Positions 27,986-36,821 of a stretch of DNA of 36,821 nt are shown piece by piece. Within the stretch, counting starts at the first letter, position 1, and each line of letters opens with the position of its first letter. The translations under genes and the position numbers were made by a program. The DNA comes from an uncultured Kaistella sp. GTDB taxonomy: Bacteria; Bacteroidota; Bacteroidia; Flavobacteriales; Weeksellaceae. Below the pieces are notes generated by a model. It was not told where the DNA came from. It saw only the letters and a program-made list of their open reading frames with translations, and made no database searches. The DNA is taken from NCBI GenBank assembly GCA_964433195.1, contig CAYSQR010000003.1:7281-44101 (forward strand). Direction: 5' to 3'.

Positions 27986-29227
27986 ATGGAAAAAGAATTT
28001 GTAGAGGTACTCGTTATCGGAGCAGGTCCTTCCGGGTGTGTTTCTTCATCTTATCTGCATCAGAATAACATTAAAGTAAAAGTAGTGGAAAAATCAAAAT
28101 TTCCGCGGTTTGTTATTGGTGAAAGTCTTATTCCCCGTGTAATGGATCATTTTGATGAGGCCGGTCTTTTTCCTGCTTTGGACAAGATGGGGTTCGAGAA
28201 AAAATTAGGAGCAAGATTCCTAAGAGGTGATGACGTATGTATTTTTGATTTCGATGATAAATTCGGTGAAGGATGGGATTGGACGTGGCAAGTTCCGAGA
28301 GCTGATTTCGATGATGTCTTGGCAAAAGAAGTTATAAATAAAGGAGTAGAGATTGAATTTGAAGCGGAAGTTACCAATATACAATTCAACGGAACAGATT
28401 CTGTAACCACAGTAAAAACGAAAGATGGAACTAAAGAAATCCACGCCAAATTTGTGATAGATTCCAGCGGATACGGAAGAGTTTTGCCAAGACTTCTGGA
28501 TTTGGAAAAACCATCCTCACTCGATCCGCATTCTGCAATTTTCACCCACATCAAAGACAGTGAGCGCATTCAAGGAGAAGAAGGAACACAGATTACTTTT
28601 GACGTTCTAGAACGTGAAGCGTGGTTTTGGGTAATTCCGTTCTCGAATGGAAATACGAGTCTTGGTATTGTAGGAAGTACAGAATATATCGATAGTCTTT
28701 CTACAAATGGCAACAATACCGAAGCTCTGAGAAATGCAATTATGCAATCAGATTATTACAGAGAACGATACCTCGATTCGGAATTTATATTTGAGCCGAG
28801 AAGACTTACCAATTATTCCTGTTCCGTAAAAAAACTTTATGGTGACGGATTTGCTTTAACGGGAAATGCTTCCGAATTTCTGGATCCTGTTTTTTCTTCG
28901 GGAATGGCTTTTGCTACGGAATCCGGAATGTTGGCTGCAAAACTTGCCAAAAGACAAATCGAGGGAGAAACCATCAATTGGGAAAAGGATTACTCGGAAT
29001 ATATCCGTTACGGAGTAAATGTATTTTCCACTTATGTAAAAGAATGGTACACCGGAAATCTGCAGGAATTGTTTTTTCACAAACCGGAAAATCCGGAAAT
29101 CAAAAAGAAAATCTGTGCGGTTTTGGCAGGATATGTATGGAACAAAGAAAATCCTTTTGTTACAAAGCACGACCACGTTATCAGAAATCTTGCAGCTATG
29201 ATAAGAGAAGAAAAATCTCAATTATAA
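27986..29227 (+). CDS. Flavin-dependent halogenase-like oxidoreductase
   Basis: GAGPSG, FPRFVIGES, GFEKKLGA, WFWVIP (WxWxIP) and FLDPVFSSG motifs. ATG 27986 preferred. Confidence 0.8.
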   Translation: MEKEFVEVLVIGAGPSGCVSSSYLHQNNIKVKVVEKSKFPRFVIGESLIPRVMDHFDEAGLFPALDKMGFEKKLGARFLRGDDVCIFDFDDKFGEGWDWTWQVPRADFDDVLAKEVINKGVEIEFEAEVTNIQFNGTDSVTTVKTKDGTKEIHAKFVIDSSGYGRVLPRLLDLEKPSSLDPHSAIFTHIKDSERIQGEEGTQITFDVLEREAWFWVIPFSNGNTSLGIVGSTEYIDSLSTNGNNTEALRNAIMQSDYYRERYLDSEFIFEPRRLTNYSCSVKKLYGDGFALTGNASEFLDPVFSSGMAFATESGMLAAKLAKRQIEGETINWEKDYSEYIRYGVNVFSTYVKEWYTGNLQELFFHKPENPEIKKKICAVLAGYVWNKENPFVTKHDHVIRNLAAMIREEKSQL

Positions 29228-29283
29228 GTAAACTTTTCCATTATATACAAAATCATTTATAAAACTCAATATCGTAAACCAAA

Positions 29284-29320
29284 AATCCGTTCAATAATAT
29301 TTTGAACGGATTCTTTATTT
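29284..29320. terminator. Probable bidirectional intrinsic terminator
   Basis: 11-bp stem AATCCGTTCAA (29284-29294) / TTGAACGGATT (29302-29312) with 7-nt loop; A-run before, T-rich tail after; lies between convergent genes. Confidence 0.8.
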
Positions 29321-29342
29321 TTAGAAATTTCAAACTTTCATA

Positions 29343-30200
29343 TCATTTCAAAAGCTGGTTGAAAGTATCACCTTGTCTGATGTCACCTGTATTGTAACCT
29401 TTCATAAACCATTCTTTTCTTTGTGCGGAACTTCCGTGCGTGAAACTTTCCTGATTTACGTATCCTTGCGAACGTTTCTGTATATTATCATCTCCAACTG
29501 CTTCTGCGGCGGAAATTGCAGATTCGATATCTCCTGGTTCTAAAATGTGCTCTCTGTTGTCGGTTTGTCTTGCCCAAACTCCCGCATAAAAATCTGCCTG
29601 TAATTCGGTAGCTACAGAAACTTTGTTAAGTGCAGCTTCGCTGTATCTTCCACTTCTTCTCAGCTGCTCGGTTTTTTGCAGTGTTCCCAAAAGATTTTGG
29701 ATGTGATGTCCCATTTCGTGTGCCATTACATAAGCGATGGAAAATTCGGTAACTCTCGCTCCGAAACGTTGCTGCAGTTCCTGGAAGAAACTCATATCCA
29801 TATAAACGGTTTGATCTGCAGGACAATAAAACGGTCCCATTGCAGCTTGAGCGGTTCCGCAACCGGATTGGGTTACGTTTTCAAACATTACCACTTTTGC
29901 AGGGCGGTATTGCATTCCGTTTTCGTTAAAAACCTTGTTCCACGTTCTTTCATTTTCTTCAGTTACCATTGATACGAAATCTCTTTCCTTCAGTTCGTCG
30001 GAAGTTAAATTCCGTTGTTCGGTTCTCGCCATTGAACGATCCGTTCCCGAAGAAAGAATTGCAGAAGGATCACCTCCGAGAAAAAATACAATCGCAGCAA
30101 TAATCAGCGTTCCAAGACCACCACCAACAAGCATTCCTCCGCCGCTTCCGGATCCTCTTCGGTCATCTACATTTCCGCTTCTGTTACTTGTCCATTTCAT
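29343..30200 (-). CDS. YpfJ-like neutral zinc metallopeptidase
   Basis: SGNVDDRRG, GPFYCP, AHEMGHH (HExxH), ELQAD and FTHGSSAQR motifs. Confidence 0.9.
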   Translation of the reverse strand: MKWTSNRSGNVDDRRGSGSGGGMLVGGGLGTLIIAAIVFFLGGDPSAILSSGTDRSMARTEQRNLTSDELKERDFVSMVTEENERTWNKVFNENGMQYRPAKVVMFENVTQSGCGTAQAAMGPFYCPADQTVYMDMSFFQELQQRFGARVTEFSIAYVMAHEMGHHIQNLLGTLQKTEQLRRSGRYSEAALNKVSVATELQADFYAGVWARQTDNREHILEPGDIESAISAAEAVGDDNIQKRSQGYVNQESFTHGSSAQRKEWFMKGYNTGDIRQGDTFNQLLK

Positions 30201-30239
30201 AGTATTAAATATTTTTGAGTTTTAAAAGTACAAAATATT

Positions 30240-32318
30240 TTATTTGTCGAGTTTATTTTCTTTCACCCAGAAACTTGTGCTTTGATAAACCGCGACACAA
30301 TCATCAACCAAATTCTTCACCGGAGTTTTTACGGGAACTTCATCATAAAACAGTTTGAAATGTTCCGGTAAATCCGATTTTTCCAGCTGCAAAGAATATT
30401 GCTTTACTTTTTTCGTGGGAGAAATGATGGTTAAATAATTATCCTTGATGAATCCCAAATCCTGATACGTTGCAATGTATGCTTTCGGCTGAAAATTCTC
30501 CCTGAAAACATCTTGTCCCAGAAATTTCGATTGATAATTAAAATTCAAAAGCCCGAATAAAGTAGGCATCACATCAATCTGCGACATCGTTTGATTAAAT
30601 TTTTGCGGTTCGATGAAACCTTCGGAAAAAATCATTCCGGGAATCCTGTATTTATCCATCGGAAGTTCGGTTTTACCGGCACTCGATGCACAATGGTCGG
30701 AAACAATTACAAAAACCGTATTTTTATACCAATCTTGTTTTTTCGCCATTTCAAAGAATTTCTTAATGGAATAATCGGTATATTTCACGCCTCCATCACG
30801 GGATTTTGCTGTTCCGGGAATATCAATTCTTCCTTCGGGATACGTGAACGGACGATGATTGGAAACCGTCATCCAATGATGAAAAAACGGTTTTCCGGAT
30901 TTTGCTTCTTGGTTCATTACCTGAATCGCTTTTTTCGCCATATCTTCATCTGCAACTCCCCAAACATTGGCAAAGGAGATTTCTTCGGGTCTGAAGTTGC
31001 TTCTGTCCACAATTTCGTAGCCGTTTCCTTCATAGAAATCTTTCATATTGTCGAAATAGCTGTAACCACCGTACAAATATTTCACGTCATAACCTTTTGA
31101 TTTGAAGACGCTTCCTGTAGTGAATTTGTTTTTGTTGTTTTGCCGTTTAACAATACTTTCTCCTGCAGTCGGCGGAATACACAAAGTCAATGCTTCCAAA
31201 CCACGCACGGTTCTGTTTCCGGTGGCGTAAAGATTGGTAAACAATAAAGATTTATCAGCCAAACTATCGAGGAAAGGAGTAATTTTCTGTGTATTTCCGT
31301 AATGTTCCAGAAATTCTGCCGATAAACTTTCAATGGAAATCAGCACGACATTTTTGTGAAGCTCGGGATTTTCGGAGGTAACCGTTCTTGACAACTGAGC
31401 CGGCTGAAACTGTTTCAGAAAACTTTGCTCTGCAACTTCCTGCGGAAGTGTTTTATAAAACTGAAAATAATCTAATTCCTTTTGGGTAAAAGCGTGAAAA
31501 AATTTCGGAAATCCGTTTGCCTGAATTTCCTGTGCAAAAGTATTTCCTGTTTTTACTTTTTCTAATTTCGGAATGATGAGCAAACTGATTCCACATAAAA
31601 CCACGAACGAACCGAGCAAAATCATTTTCTGCCGAAAGTTCGGAAGCGAAAGCAATTCGTTTTTGGTCTTTTTAAAAATGAAAAAGGTAATGACTAAAGT
31701 CAATATTAAAATTACTGAAAACAAAGGAATTACAGGATAACTTTCCATAATATTCCCAATGACTTCATTGGTATAAATGAGATAATCTACCGCAATGAAA
31801 TTGTAACGGACTCCGAACTCGTTCCAGAAAAAATATTCGCTTACCGCATTGAAGATGATTAATAATACATACAGAAATAAAGTAATGAAATACAATACAT
31901 TACGAATTCTGATTCTTTGGGTCGGAAGAAAAAGCATCAATCCGAAAAGCAAAGTTTTCAACCCGACAAAAGAAATTGCCACTTCGGGAAATGAACCGCC
32001 ATATTGTTTAAAAATATTTCCGGGAACAAATGCCGTATAAATAAATGCCAAAACTAAAACTCCGAAAATTAAGTATCCGTAAGGTTTTTTGTATTTTGAA
32101 TCTGATAAAAACAGAAAATAAACCGCCAGAAAACTGCTGCTCAAAACAAAAACGAAAATATCACTCAGCAATCCTGTGAAAAGGATTTTCAAACTTTCAA
32201 AAAAACCGAAATCCGCCGTGGTTATCGGATGGAAAAAGAAAACAATCCTCAGCAAAAAAGAAACGATGAGGTAGAAAATTCCGAGATACAGAAATGGTTT
32301 TATTTTGGAGCAATACAT
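30240..32318 (-). CDS. LTA-synthase-family membrane sulfatase/phosphotransferase
   Basis: N-terminal TM bundle; NVVLISIESL, NRTVRG, SNHRPF and SDH motifs. Confidence 0.88.
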   Translation of the reverse strand: MYCSKIKPFLYLGIFYLIVSFLLRIVFFFHPITTADFGFFESLKILFTGLLSDIFVFVLSSSFLAVYFLFLSDSKYKKPYGYLIFGVLVLAFIYTAFVPGNIFKQYGGSFPEVAISFVGLKTLLFGLMLFLPTQRIRIRNVLYFITLFLYVLLIIFNAVSEYFFWNEFGVRYNFIAVDYLIYTNEVIGNIMESYPVIPLFSVILILTLVITFFIFKKTKNELLSLPNFRQKMILLGSFVVLCGISLLIIPKLEKVKTGNTFAQEIQANGFPKFFHAFTQKELDYFQFYKTLPQEVAEQSFLKQFQPAQLSRTVTSENPELHKNVVLISIESLSAEFLEHYGNTQKITPFLDSLADKSLLFTNLYATGNRTVRGLEALTLCIPPTAGESIVKRQNNKNKFTTGSVFKSKGYDVKYLYGGYSYFDNMKDFYEGNGYEIVDRSNFRPEEISFANVWGVADEDMAKKAIQVMNQEAKSGKPFFHHWMTVSNHRPFTYPEGRIDIPGTAKSRDGGVKYTDYSIKKFFEMAKKQDWYKNTVFVIVSDHCASSAGKTELPMDKYRIPGMIFSEGFIEPQKFNQTMSQIDVMPTLFGLLNFNYQSKFLGQDVFRENFQPKAYIATYQDLGFIKDNYLTIISPTKKVKQYSLQLEKSDLPEHFKLFYDEVPVKTPVKNLVDDCVAVYQSTSFWVKENKLDK

Positions 32319-32350
32319 TTTGTTGTTGGTTTTTATAGACTATTTTTTTT

Positions 32351-32512
32351 AACGCAATGAACGCAAAGATCTTTTTTAAAATAATTGCGTGTATTCTTCG
32401 TCCGCAAAGCCACTTCGTTTAGCCAAGATAATCCTTATTTGCTGAGTGAAACGCCTTTGCGAACGTAATTTATTCATAATGAATTTAATAAATTCTTTGC
32501 GACCATTGCGTT
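32351..32512. repeat. Nested inverted-repeat element (MITE/REP-like long hairpin)
   Basis: Outer arms 32351-32369 / 32494-32512 (17/19 complementary); middle arms 32399-32409 / 32455-32465 (10/11); inner arms 32414-32423 / 32441-32450 (10/10 allowing G-T pairs). Confidence 0.75.
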
Positions 32513-32544
32513 TAAATATTTCAATAACTTGATTTTCGGTAAAA

Positions 32545-33063
32545 TTACAAATTTCCGAAACCGATATTGCCTTTTTTCTCCGAAAGATTTTTCTTGAAAT
32601 CAATCATCTGCAAAGCGGTAACTGCAGCTTCTACGCCTTTGTTGCCGAGATTTCCGCCACTTCTTGCGATGGATTGTTCTTTGGTATCATCGGTTAAAAC
32701 GCAGAAAATTGTGGGAACATCGGTCAAGATATTGCAATCTTTAATTCCTTGTGCAACTGCGGAACATACGTAATCGAAATGCGGCGTTTCTCCACGGATT
32801 ACACAACCGATTGCAATGACCGCATCAAATTTTCTTTCTTTGCAAAGCTGCATCGAAGCGTAATTCAGTTCAAACGCACCCGGAACTTTGAAGACTTTGA
32901 TGTTTTCATTTTTCACGCTCTCTTTTTCGAGAATTTCCAAAGCGGCATCACGCAGATTGTGCGTTACAAAATCATTCCATTCTGAAACAACAATGCCGAT
33001 TCGGAACGAATCAGCATTTGTAATTTGCAATGGTTTGTAATCCGAAAGATTTACAGTCGCCAT
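32545..33063 (-). CDS. ribH: 6,7-dimethyl-8-ribityllumazine synthase
   Basis: IVVSEWN, VPGAFEL, GCVIRGETPHFDYV and NKGVEAA motifs. Confidence 0.96.
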   Translation of the reverse strand: MATVNLSDYKPLQITNADSFRIGIVVSEWNDFVTHNLRDAALEILEKESVKNENIKVFKVPGAFELNYASMQLCKERKFDAVIAIGCVIRGETPHFDYVCSAVAQGIKDCNILTDVPTIFCVLTDDTKEQSIARSGGNLGNKGVEAAVTALQMIDFKKNLSEKKGNIGFGNL

Positions 33064-33082
33064 TTTTTATTTTTAAAAATTA

Positions 33083-33793
33083 TTAATAATATTTTACCAT
33101 TTCGATATAGGAATCCGACATTCCGTTGTCGTAATCCTGATATTTTTCGTCGATGGCGGTGAAGTATTTTTTCGCTTCCGAATTTTTCTTCAGAGCCAAT
33201 GCAACAATTCCTGCTTTTCTCGTAAAATAATAAGTGGTATAAGCATCGTCTGAAGCAGAAACCGCTTTAGCTAAAAGTGAAAATGCGTCATCATTTTTAT
33301 TAAGGTTTGATAAGCAATCCGCCATTGCTCCGTATTTCAAAGCCATTAAAACATCATTTCCGGATGAAAATTTATCCAACAAATCGTATGCTTCCTGATA
33401 TTTTCCCTCTTTAAATTTTAAAAGTCCTGCATTATAAGCGGAAAGTTTTCCTGCTTTTGTTCCGGAAAAATCATTGTAAGTTCCAAGAAAACCCGGATTT
33501 GCTGCGGTTTTTCCACCAAGAGCTAATTCGTCTTTTCCGTCTGCTAAATTTTTCTGTGCAGCAAGATAACTCAACGTTGCTTCCTCATTTTTCGGAGCGA
33601 TATAAAATTGCTGGTAAGCGAAATATCCCAAAATACCCACCACCAAAACTGCGAAAATTCCGGTTAATGTTTTGGAATGTTTCTCGATGAATCTTTCGGT
33701 GTCTAAAGCACTTCTGTCCAAATCTCTGAAAACCTCTACAGTTTCCTTTCCTTCCATTTCTTTTTTGCTGGTGTGCGGTTTATGTTTTGCCAT
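33083..33793 (-). CDS. Membrane-anchored TPR protein (YfgM-like)
   Basis: One N-terminal TM followed by TPR-like helices; ATG 33793 lies just downstream of a promoter match. Confidence 0.75.
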   Translation of the reverse strand: MAKHKPHTSKKEMEGKETVEVFRDLDRSALDTERFIEKHSKTLTGIFAVLVVGILGYFAYQQFYIAPKNEEATLSYLAAQKNLADGKDELALGGKTAANPGFLGTYNDFSGTKAGKLSAYNAGLLKFKEGKYQEAYDLLDKFSSGNDVLMALKYGAMADCLSNLNKNDDAFSLLAKAVSASDDAYTTYYFTRKAGIVALALKKNSEAKKYFTAIDEKYQDYDNGMSDSYIEMVKYY

Positions 33794-33814
33794 AATATTT
33801 TTAAAATTGAAGTG

Positions 33815-33845
33815 CAAATTTAATTGTTTCTGAGCGATATACAAA
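33815..33845 (-). promoter_or_regulatory. Bacteroidota housekeeping-sigma promoter for the TPR-ribH genes
   Basis: Minus strand TTTG-N19-TAAATTTG, a full match to the -33/-7 consensus. Confidence 0.7.
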
Positions 33846-33889
33846 ATTATGTCTGAAAAAACATTTTTTAGAAATATAAATTTTAAAGA

Positions 33890-34804
33890 TTATCTAAGAG
33901 GAGTAAGATTTATACTGTTAATTTTCTTGTCTTTCAAATCGAAAAAAAATATTTCATCCGAATTGTCATTTAGTTTGTAGTAAATTTTATTTTTGGCTTT
34001 TCGTATTTCAGAATAATGATACCCATTTGATGGTAAAATTTCTGTTTCTTTCATATTATTAAGATTTAACATTTTCAATTGATATGAAGATGAACAGATT
34101 ATTTGGTTATTTTCCCAAAGAACGGGATTTAAATACATTGATGATTTTCTTAAAGTATCATTAATAATCTCAATTTTAGTTAGATTTTTATCATTTTTAT
34201 TGATAAAAAATAAGCCGCTTTCATTTGATTCACCCATTGATGAAAATAATAATTTATTTTCGTCATAATCAATAATTTCTCTCAGTAAATAGAAATTACT
34301 ATTTGTTATCTGTTTTATTTCTAATGAATTCAGGTTTATTTGATATACATCAAAATCGTGAAAATTTTTTGGAGCAATAGGAGAATAAGAATCAAAAGTT
34401 TGTGCTTGAATATAATAGATTTTATCATTGTTTTTTGAAAATGTAAAATCCGAAATGTAGCCACTTTCTAATTTTATGCTTTTTAATTTTTTCTTTGAAT
34501 TTCTGTCAAAAAATACAAATTCCGGATTTGCCGTTTTTTCTTTATAAAATATACATACAAAAAAATTTTCATCTATATATTTTGGATTCGTATAATTTCC
34601 GGAATCTTTAGCAATTAAATTTACTTTTCCGCTTTTTAATTTTTTTTCATACAAGTTATATAATGAATCCTTTTTACTTGAAAATATTATTGTCGATTCA
34701 TCAGAAGAAATATCAAAACCATTTAGATTAGAATTATTAATATTTTTTTGTTTACACGTAATTGTAAACATTATTAAAATTAAAAACGTAACTAAATATT
34801 TCAT
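33890..34804 (-). CDS. Putative lipoprotein with TolB-like beta-propeller repeats
   Basis: Signal ending TITC; FDISSDESTIIFSS, NYTNPKY and FTFSKNNDKIYY blade-like repeats; very AT-rich. Confidence 0.6.
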   Translation of the reverse strand: MKYLVTFLILIMFTITCKQKNINNSNLNGFDISSDESTIIFSSKKDSLYNLYEKKLKSGKVNLIAKDSGNYTNPKYIDENFFVCIFYKEKTANPEFVFFDRNSKKKLKSIKLESGYISDFTFSKNNDKIYYIQAQTFDSYSPIAPKNFHDFDVYQINLNSLEIKQITNSNFYLLREIIDYDENKLLFSSMGESNESGLFFINKNDKNLTKIEIINDTLRKSSMYLNPVLWENNQIICSSSYQLKMLNLNNMKETEILPSNGYHYSEIRKAKNKIYYKLNDNSDEIFFFDLKDKKINSINLTPLR

Positions 34805-34978
34805 TTATAATTGGGATGATTGTCTTGGAGGGAAATTATAAATTGATACATTATATAAAATGATTGTCCGTTTTTAAAATTAAGAAAAAAGTTATCCGAA
34901 AAAATATTATAGAATTTTCAATGAAAACTTCAATCCCGCATTTTGCCAATACCTTATTAGCTATAGTTTTTTGATCTA

Positions 34979-36049
34979 CTATTTTTCAGCATAAATTCGA
35001 TAATCATATATTTTATATCCTTTTTCAGTACGAATAAATGATAGTGATACTTCTTTTCGTTTTGATTTGTCTTGGCTTTGGATTTCCAATATTGGAAATT
35101 TATCATCAATTAGAACATTAGAATTATCTAAATATCCTTCCATCGATTTTAGTAAAATCTCATCTTCTTCATCAATAAATATGAATGGAAAATTATAGAA
35201 CTCAATTTTGTTGTTTTGAATAATTGATGCTATTTCATTCAATTCACTTTTCGATTTAGTATTTAGTATTTTTTTTATAGTAACAAATAAATATGTTTCA
35301 ATGCTTTTTTTAGGAAGATTTTTTAGAAATTCATTTTTTATAAAGTCTTCAAATTCTTCTCGATAACTAATGAAACTATAAAATTTTCCATTTTTTCCAA
35401 TGAAATTATGTCGAAATTTTTCTTGGTTTTTATTATCAGATATTTTTAAAGAAAATAAATTCAGAAGTAAATCATTATCGTTGTAATCATCGATTAATAC
35501 ATTTCCTAAAGTATCTAAAATCATTTCTTTTCCTCCTTCAAAATACCAATGGTCACAACCTAAATTGTGAGATTCGTGTTTTTGAGTTGCTCCAATTTTT
35601 GCGACGACCAAACCATTATTTACTCGACTTAATGAATTATATTTAGGTTCTATTACGATTTTTCCGTTTAAATTAAAAAGTCCGATAGAATCCAAATAAC
35701 GACCAACGGAAAATCTAATAAATCCTTCTTGTTCCGTGTCGTGCATAAAATCAAAAGTGTAAAGGCTATCTATTCCGAATTTTTTCCCCTCTTTATTCAA
35801 GTAATAACCTTTTGAAGTATCTTTTGAATATTCGGTTAGAGCAACAATTTTTTCAAATTTTTTATTTTGTGTTAATGGACTTATATAAATTGGTTCAATT
35901 CTTATTTTTCCTTGAAAATCTTTGAATCCTAATGAATTTGAAAGAGGGTTTTTGACAGTATCTTCTACCTCAAAAGCATACCAATATTTATCTTTTTGTC
36001 CGAAAACGGAAATTGCATAAATAAGCATCAGAAAAATGATTGCTTTCAT
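34979..36049 (-). CDS. Exported WG-repeat-like protein
   Basis: Signal peptide; repeats GFKDFQGKIRIEPIY, GYYLNKEGKK, GLFNLNGKIVIEPKY and ILDTLGNVL; very AT-rich. Confidence 0.68.
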   Translation of the reverse strand: MKAIIFLMLIYAISVFGQKDKYWYAFEVEDTVKNPLSNSLGFKDFQGKIRIEPIYISPLTQNKKFEKIVALTEYSKDTSKGYYLNKEGKKFGIDSLYTFDFMHDTEQEGFIRFSVGRYLDSIGLFNLNGKIVIEPKYNSLSRVNNGLVVAKIGATQKHESHNLGCDHWYFEGGKEMILDTLGNVLIDDYNDNDLLLNLFSLKISDNKNQEKFRHNFIGKNGKFYSFISYREEFEDFIKNEFLKNLPKKSIETYLFVTIKKILNTKSKSELNEIASIIQNNKIEFYNFPFIFIDEEDEILLKSMEGYLDNSNVLIDDKFPILEIQSQDKSKRKEVSLSFIRTEKGYKIYDYRIYAEK

Positions 36050-36106
36050 TACGTTGTTTTGTTAAAAATTACAGCTAACTTATTAATTTTCGCAAAGAAT
36101 TTTACC

Positions 36107-36820
36107 CTATTTGATAATCCTGTCCAAAACCCATTCAATCATATTTTTTTCGGAAGTATGGTGATCTGCTGAAAACTCTCCTCTTCTTCGGTTTGCGATG
36201 ACACAATTTACCGTTAATGCTTTATGACCCAATAATTTAGAAAGTCCGTAGATTGCAGAAGTTTCCATTTCGAAATTGGAAACTCCCAAATCATTCAGCG
36301 TTTCGAGGAATTTGTCGTCAAGAGCTTTCAGACGGAGCTGTCTTCCTTGCGGAGCGTAGAATCCGGGGAAAGTCGCCGTGTTTCCGTGGTACTTTGCATC
36401 CTTGTAATAATCGGAAATTTCTTCTGCCCAATCAGAAAAATAAAGCATCGGTTTGATGTGTTCATAAGGAAATTTCGCCATAAAGTTTTTGGAAAAATCA
36501 TTCTCGAATTTGTAATCCTGATAAAAATGAAGCAGTCCGTCTAAACCTACCACATTTTGCGTAACCAGCATATTGTCCACTTCCACATCGGGATTTACAC
36601 TTCCGCAAGTTCCCAAACGGAACAGTTCCAAAGCGGTATGTCCGGTTTTAAATTCTTTGTTTTTCAGGTCGATATTTACCAAAGCGTCGAGCTCGTTCAT
36701 CACAATGTCGATATTTTCCGTTCCGATTCCTGTGGACATTACGGTAATTCTTTCTCCGCGTAAAGTTCCGGTATGAGTATAAAATTCGCGTTTGTTTTTC
36801 TTGATTTCGATTTTATCAAA
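36107..36820 (-). CDS. Nucleoside phosphorylase (uridine phosphorylase-like), 5'-truncated by window edge
   Basis: Frame open to the window end (FDKIEIKKNKREFYTHTG...); STGIG, RLGTCG, GFYAPQGR and NFEMET motifs. Confidence 0.9.
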   Translation of the reverse strand, partial: FDKIEIKKNKREFYTHTGTLRGERITVMSTGIGTENIDIVMNELDALVNIDLKNKEFKTGHTALELFRLGTCGSVNPDVEVDNMLVTQNVVGLDGLLHFYQDYKFENDFSKNFMAKFPYEHIKPMLYFSDWAEEISDYYKDAKYHGNTATFPGFYAPQGRQLRLKALDDKFLETLNDLGVSNFEMETSAIYGLSKLLGHKALTVNCVIANRRRGEFSADHHTSEKNMIEWVLDRIIK

Positions 36821-36821
36821 A

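Noticed and set aside
1..29227. The whole cluster as a new biosynthetic system
   Set aside because: darAB plus KS/CLF, ACPs and an ammonia-lyase match the described flexirubin-type cluster; only specific sub-modules are unexplained.
32351..32512. FMN riboswitch near ribH
   Set aside because: It is downstream of ribH and lacks the conserved RFN sequence blocks.
32376..32603. 75-aa ORF downstream of ribH
   Set aside because: Overlaps ribH out of frame and runs through the hairpin element; no protein features.
34805..34978. A complete attC site or intact integron
   Set aside because: Only one arm is visible, with no complementary second arm and no integrase in the window; kept only as a remnant hypothesis.
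382..36776. Many short antisense or alternate-frame ORFs in the six-frame track
   Set aside because: They lie inside well-supported genes and show no recognisable motifs; they are shadow ORFs.

Overview
AT-rich bacterial DNA whose gene content and TAnnTTTG promoter boxes point to Bacteroidota, probably Weeksellaceae (Chryseobacterium-like; taxon is inferred). Bases 1-29227 form a flexirubin-type (aryl polyene + dialkylresorcinol) pigment cluster in two convergent arms plus one divergent gene. The + arm runs MMPL-acyltransferase fusion, darA, darB, hotdog dehydratases, BtrH-like protein, ABC exporter, thioesterase, two KS/CLF pairs with an ACP, polysaccharide deacetylase, LolA-like protein, lipoprotein, beta-barrel and GT2. 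The - arm runs ammonia-lyase, fabG, KS, ACP, LpxL-like acyltransferase, phytoene-dehydrogenase-like enzyme and C45 acyltransferase. The divergent gene is a flavin-dependent halogenase-like enzyme. A small toxin-antitoxin pair with a frameshifted RelE/ParE toxin sits inside the - arm. Downstream are housekeeping genes (YpfJ-like peptidase, LTA-synthase-family sulfatase, ribH, TPR protein, nucleoside phosphorylase) and a very AT-rich two-gene islet; one islet gene has gene-cassette-like inverted ends. Two structured intergenic repeats were found: a palindrome cluster at about 17.9-18.1 kb and a nested hairpin at about 32.35-32.51 kb. The cluster type is known; the open questions are its unexplained tailoring and trafficking genes and the non-coding elements. 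All family calls come from motif reading, not database searches.
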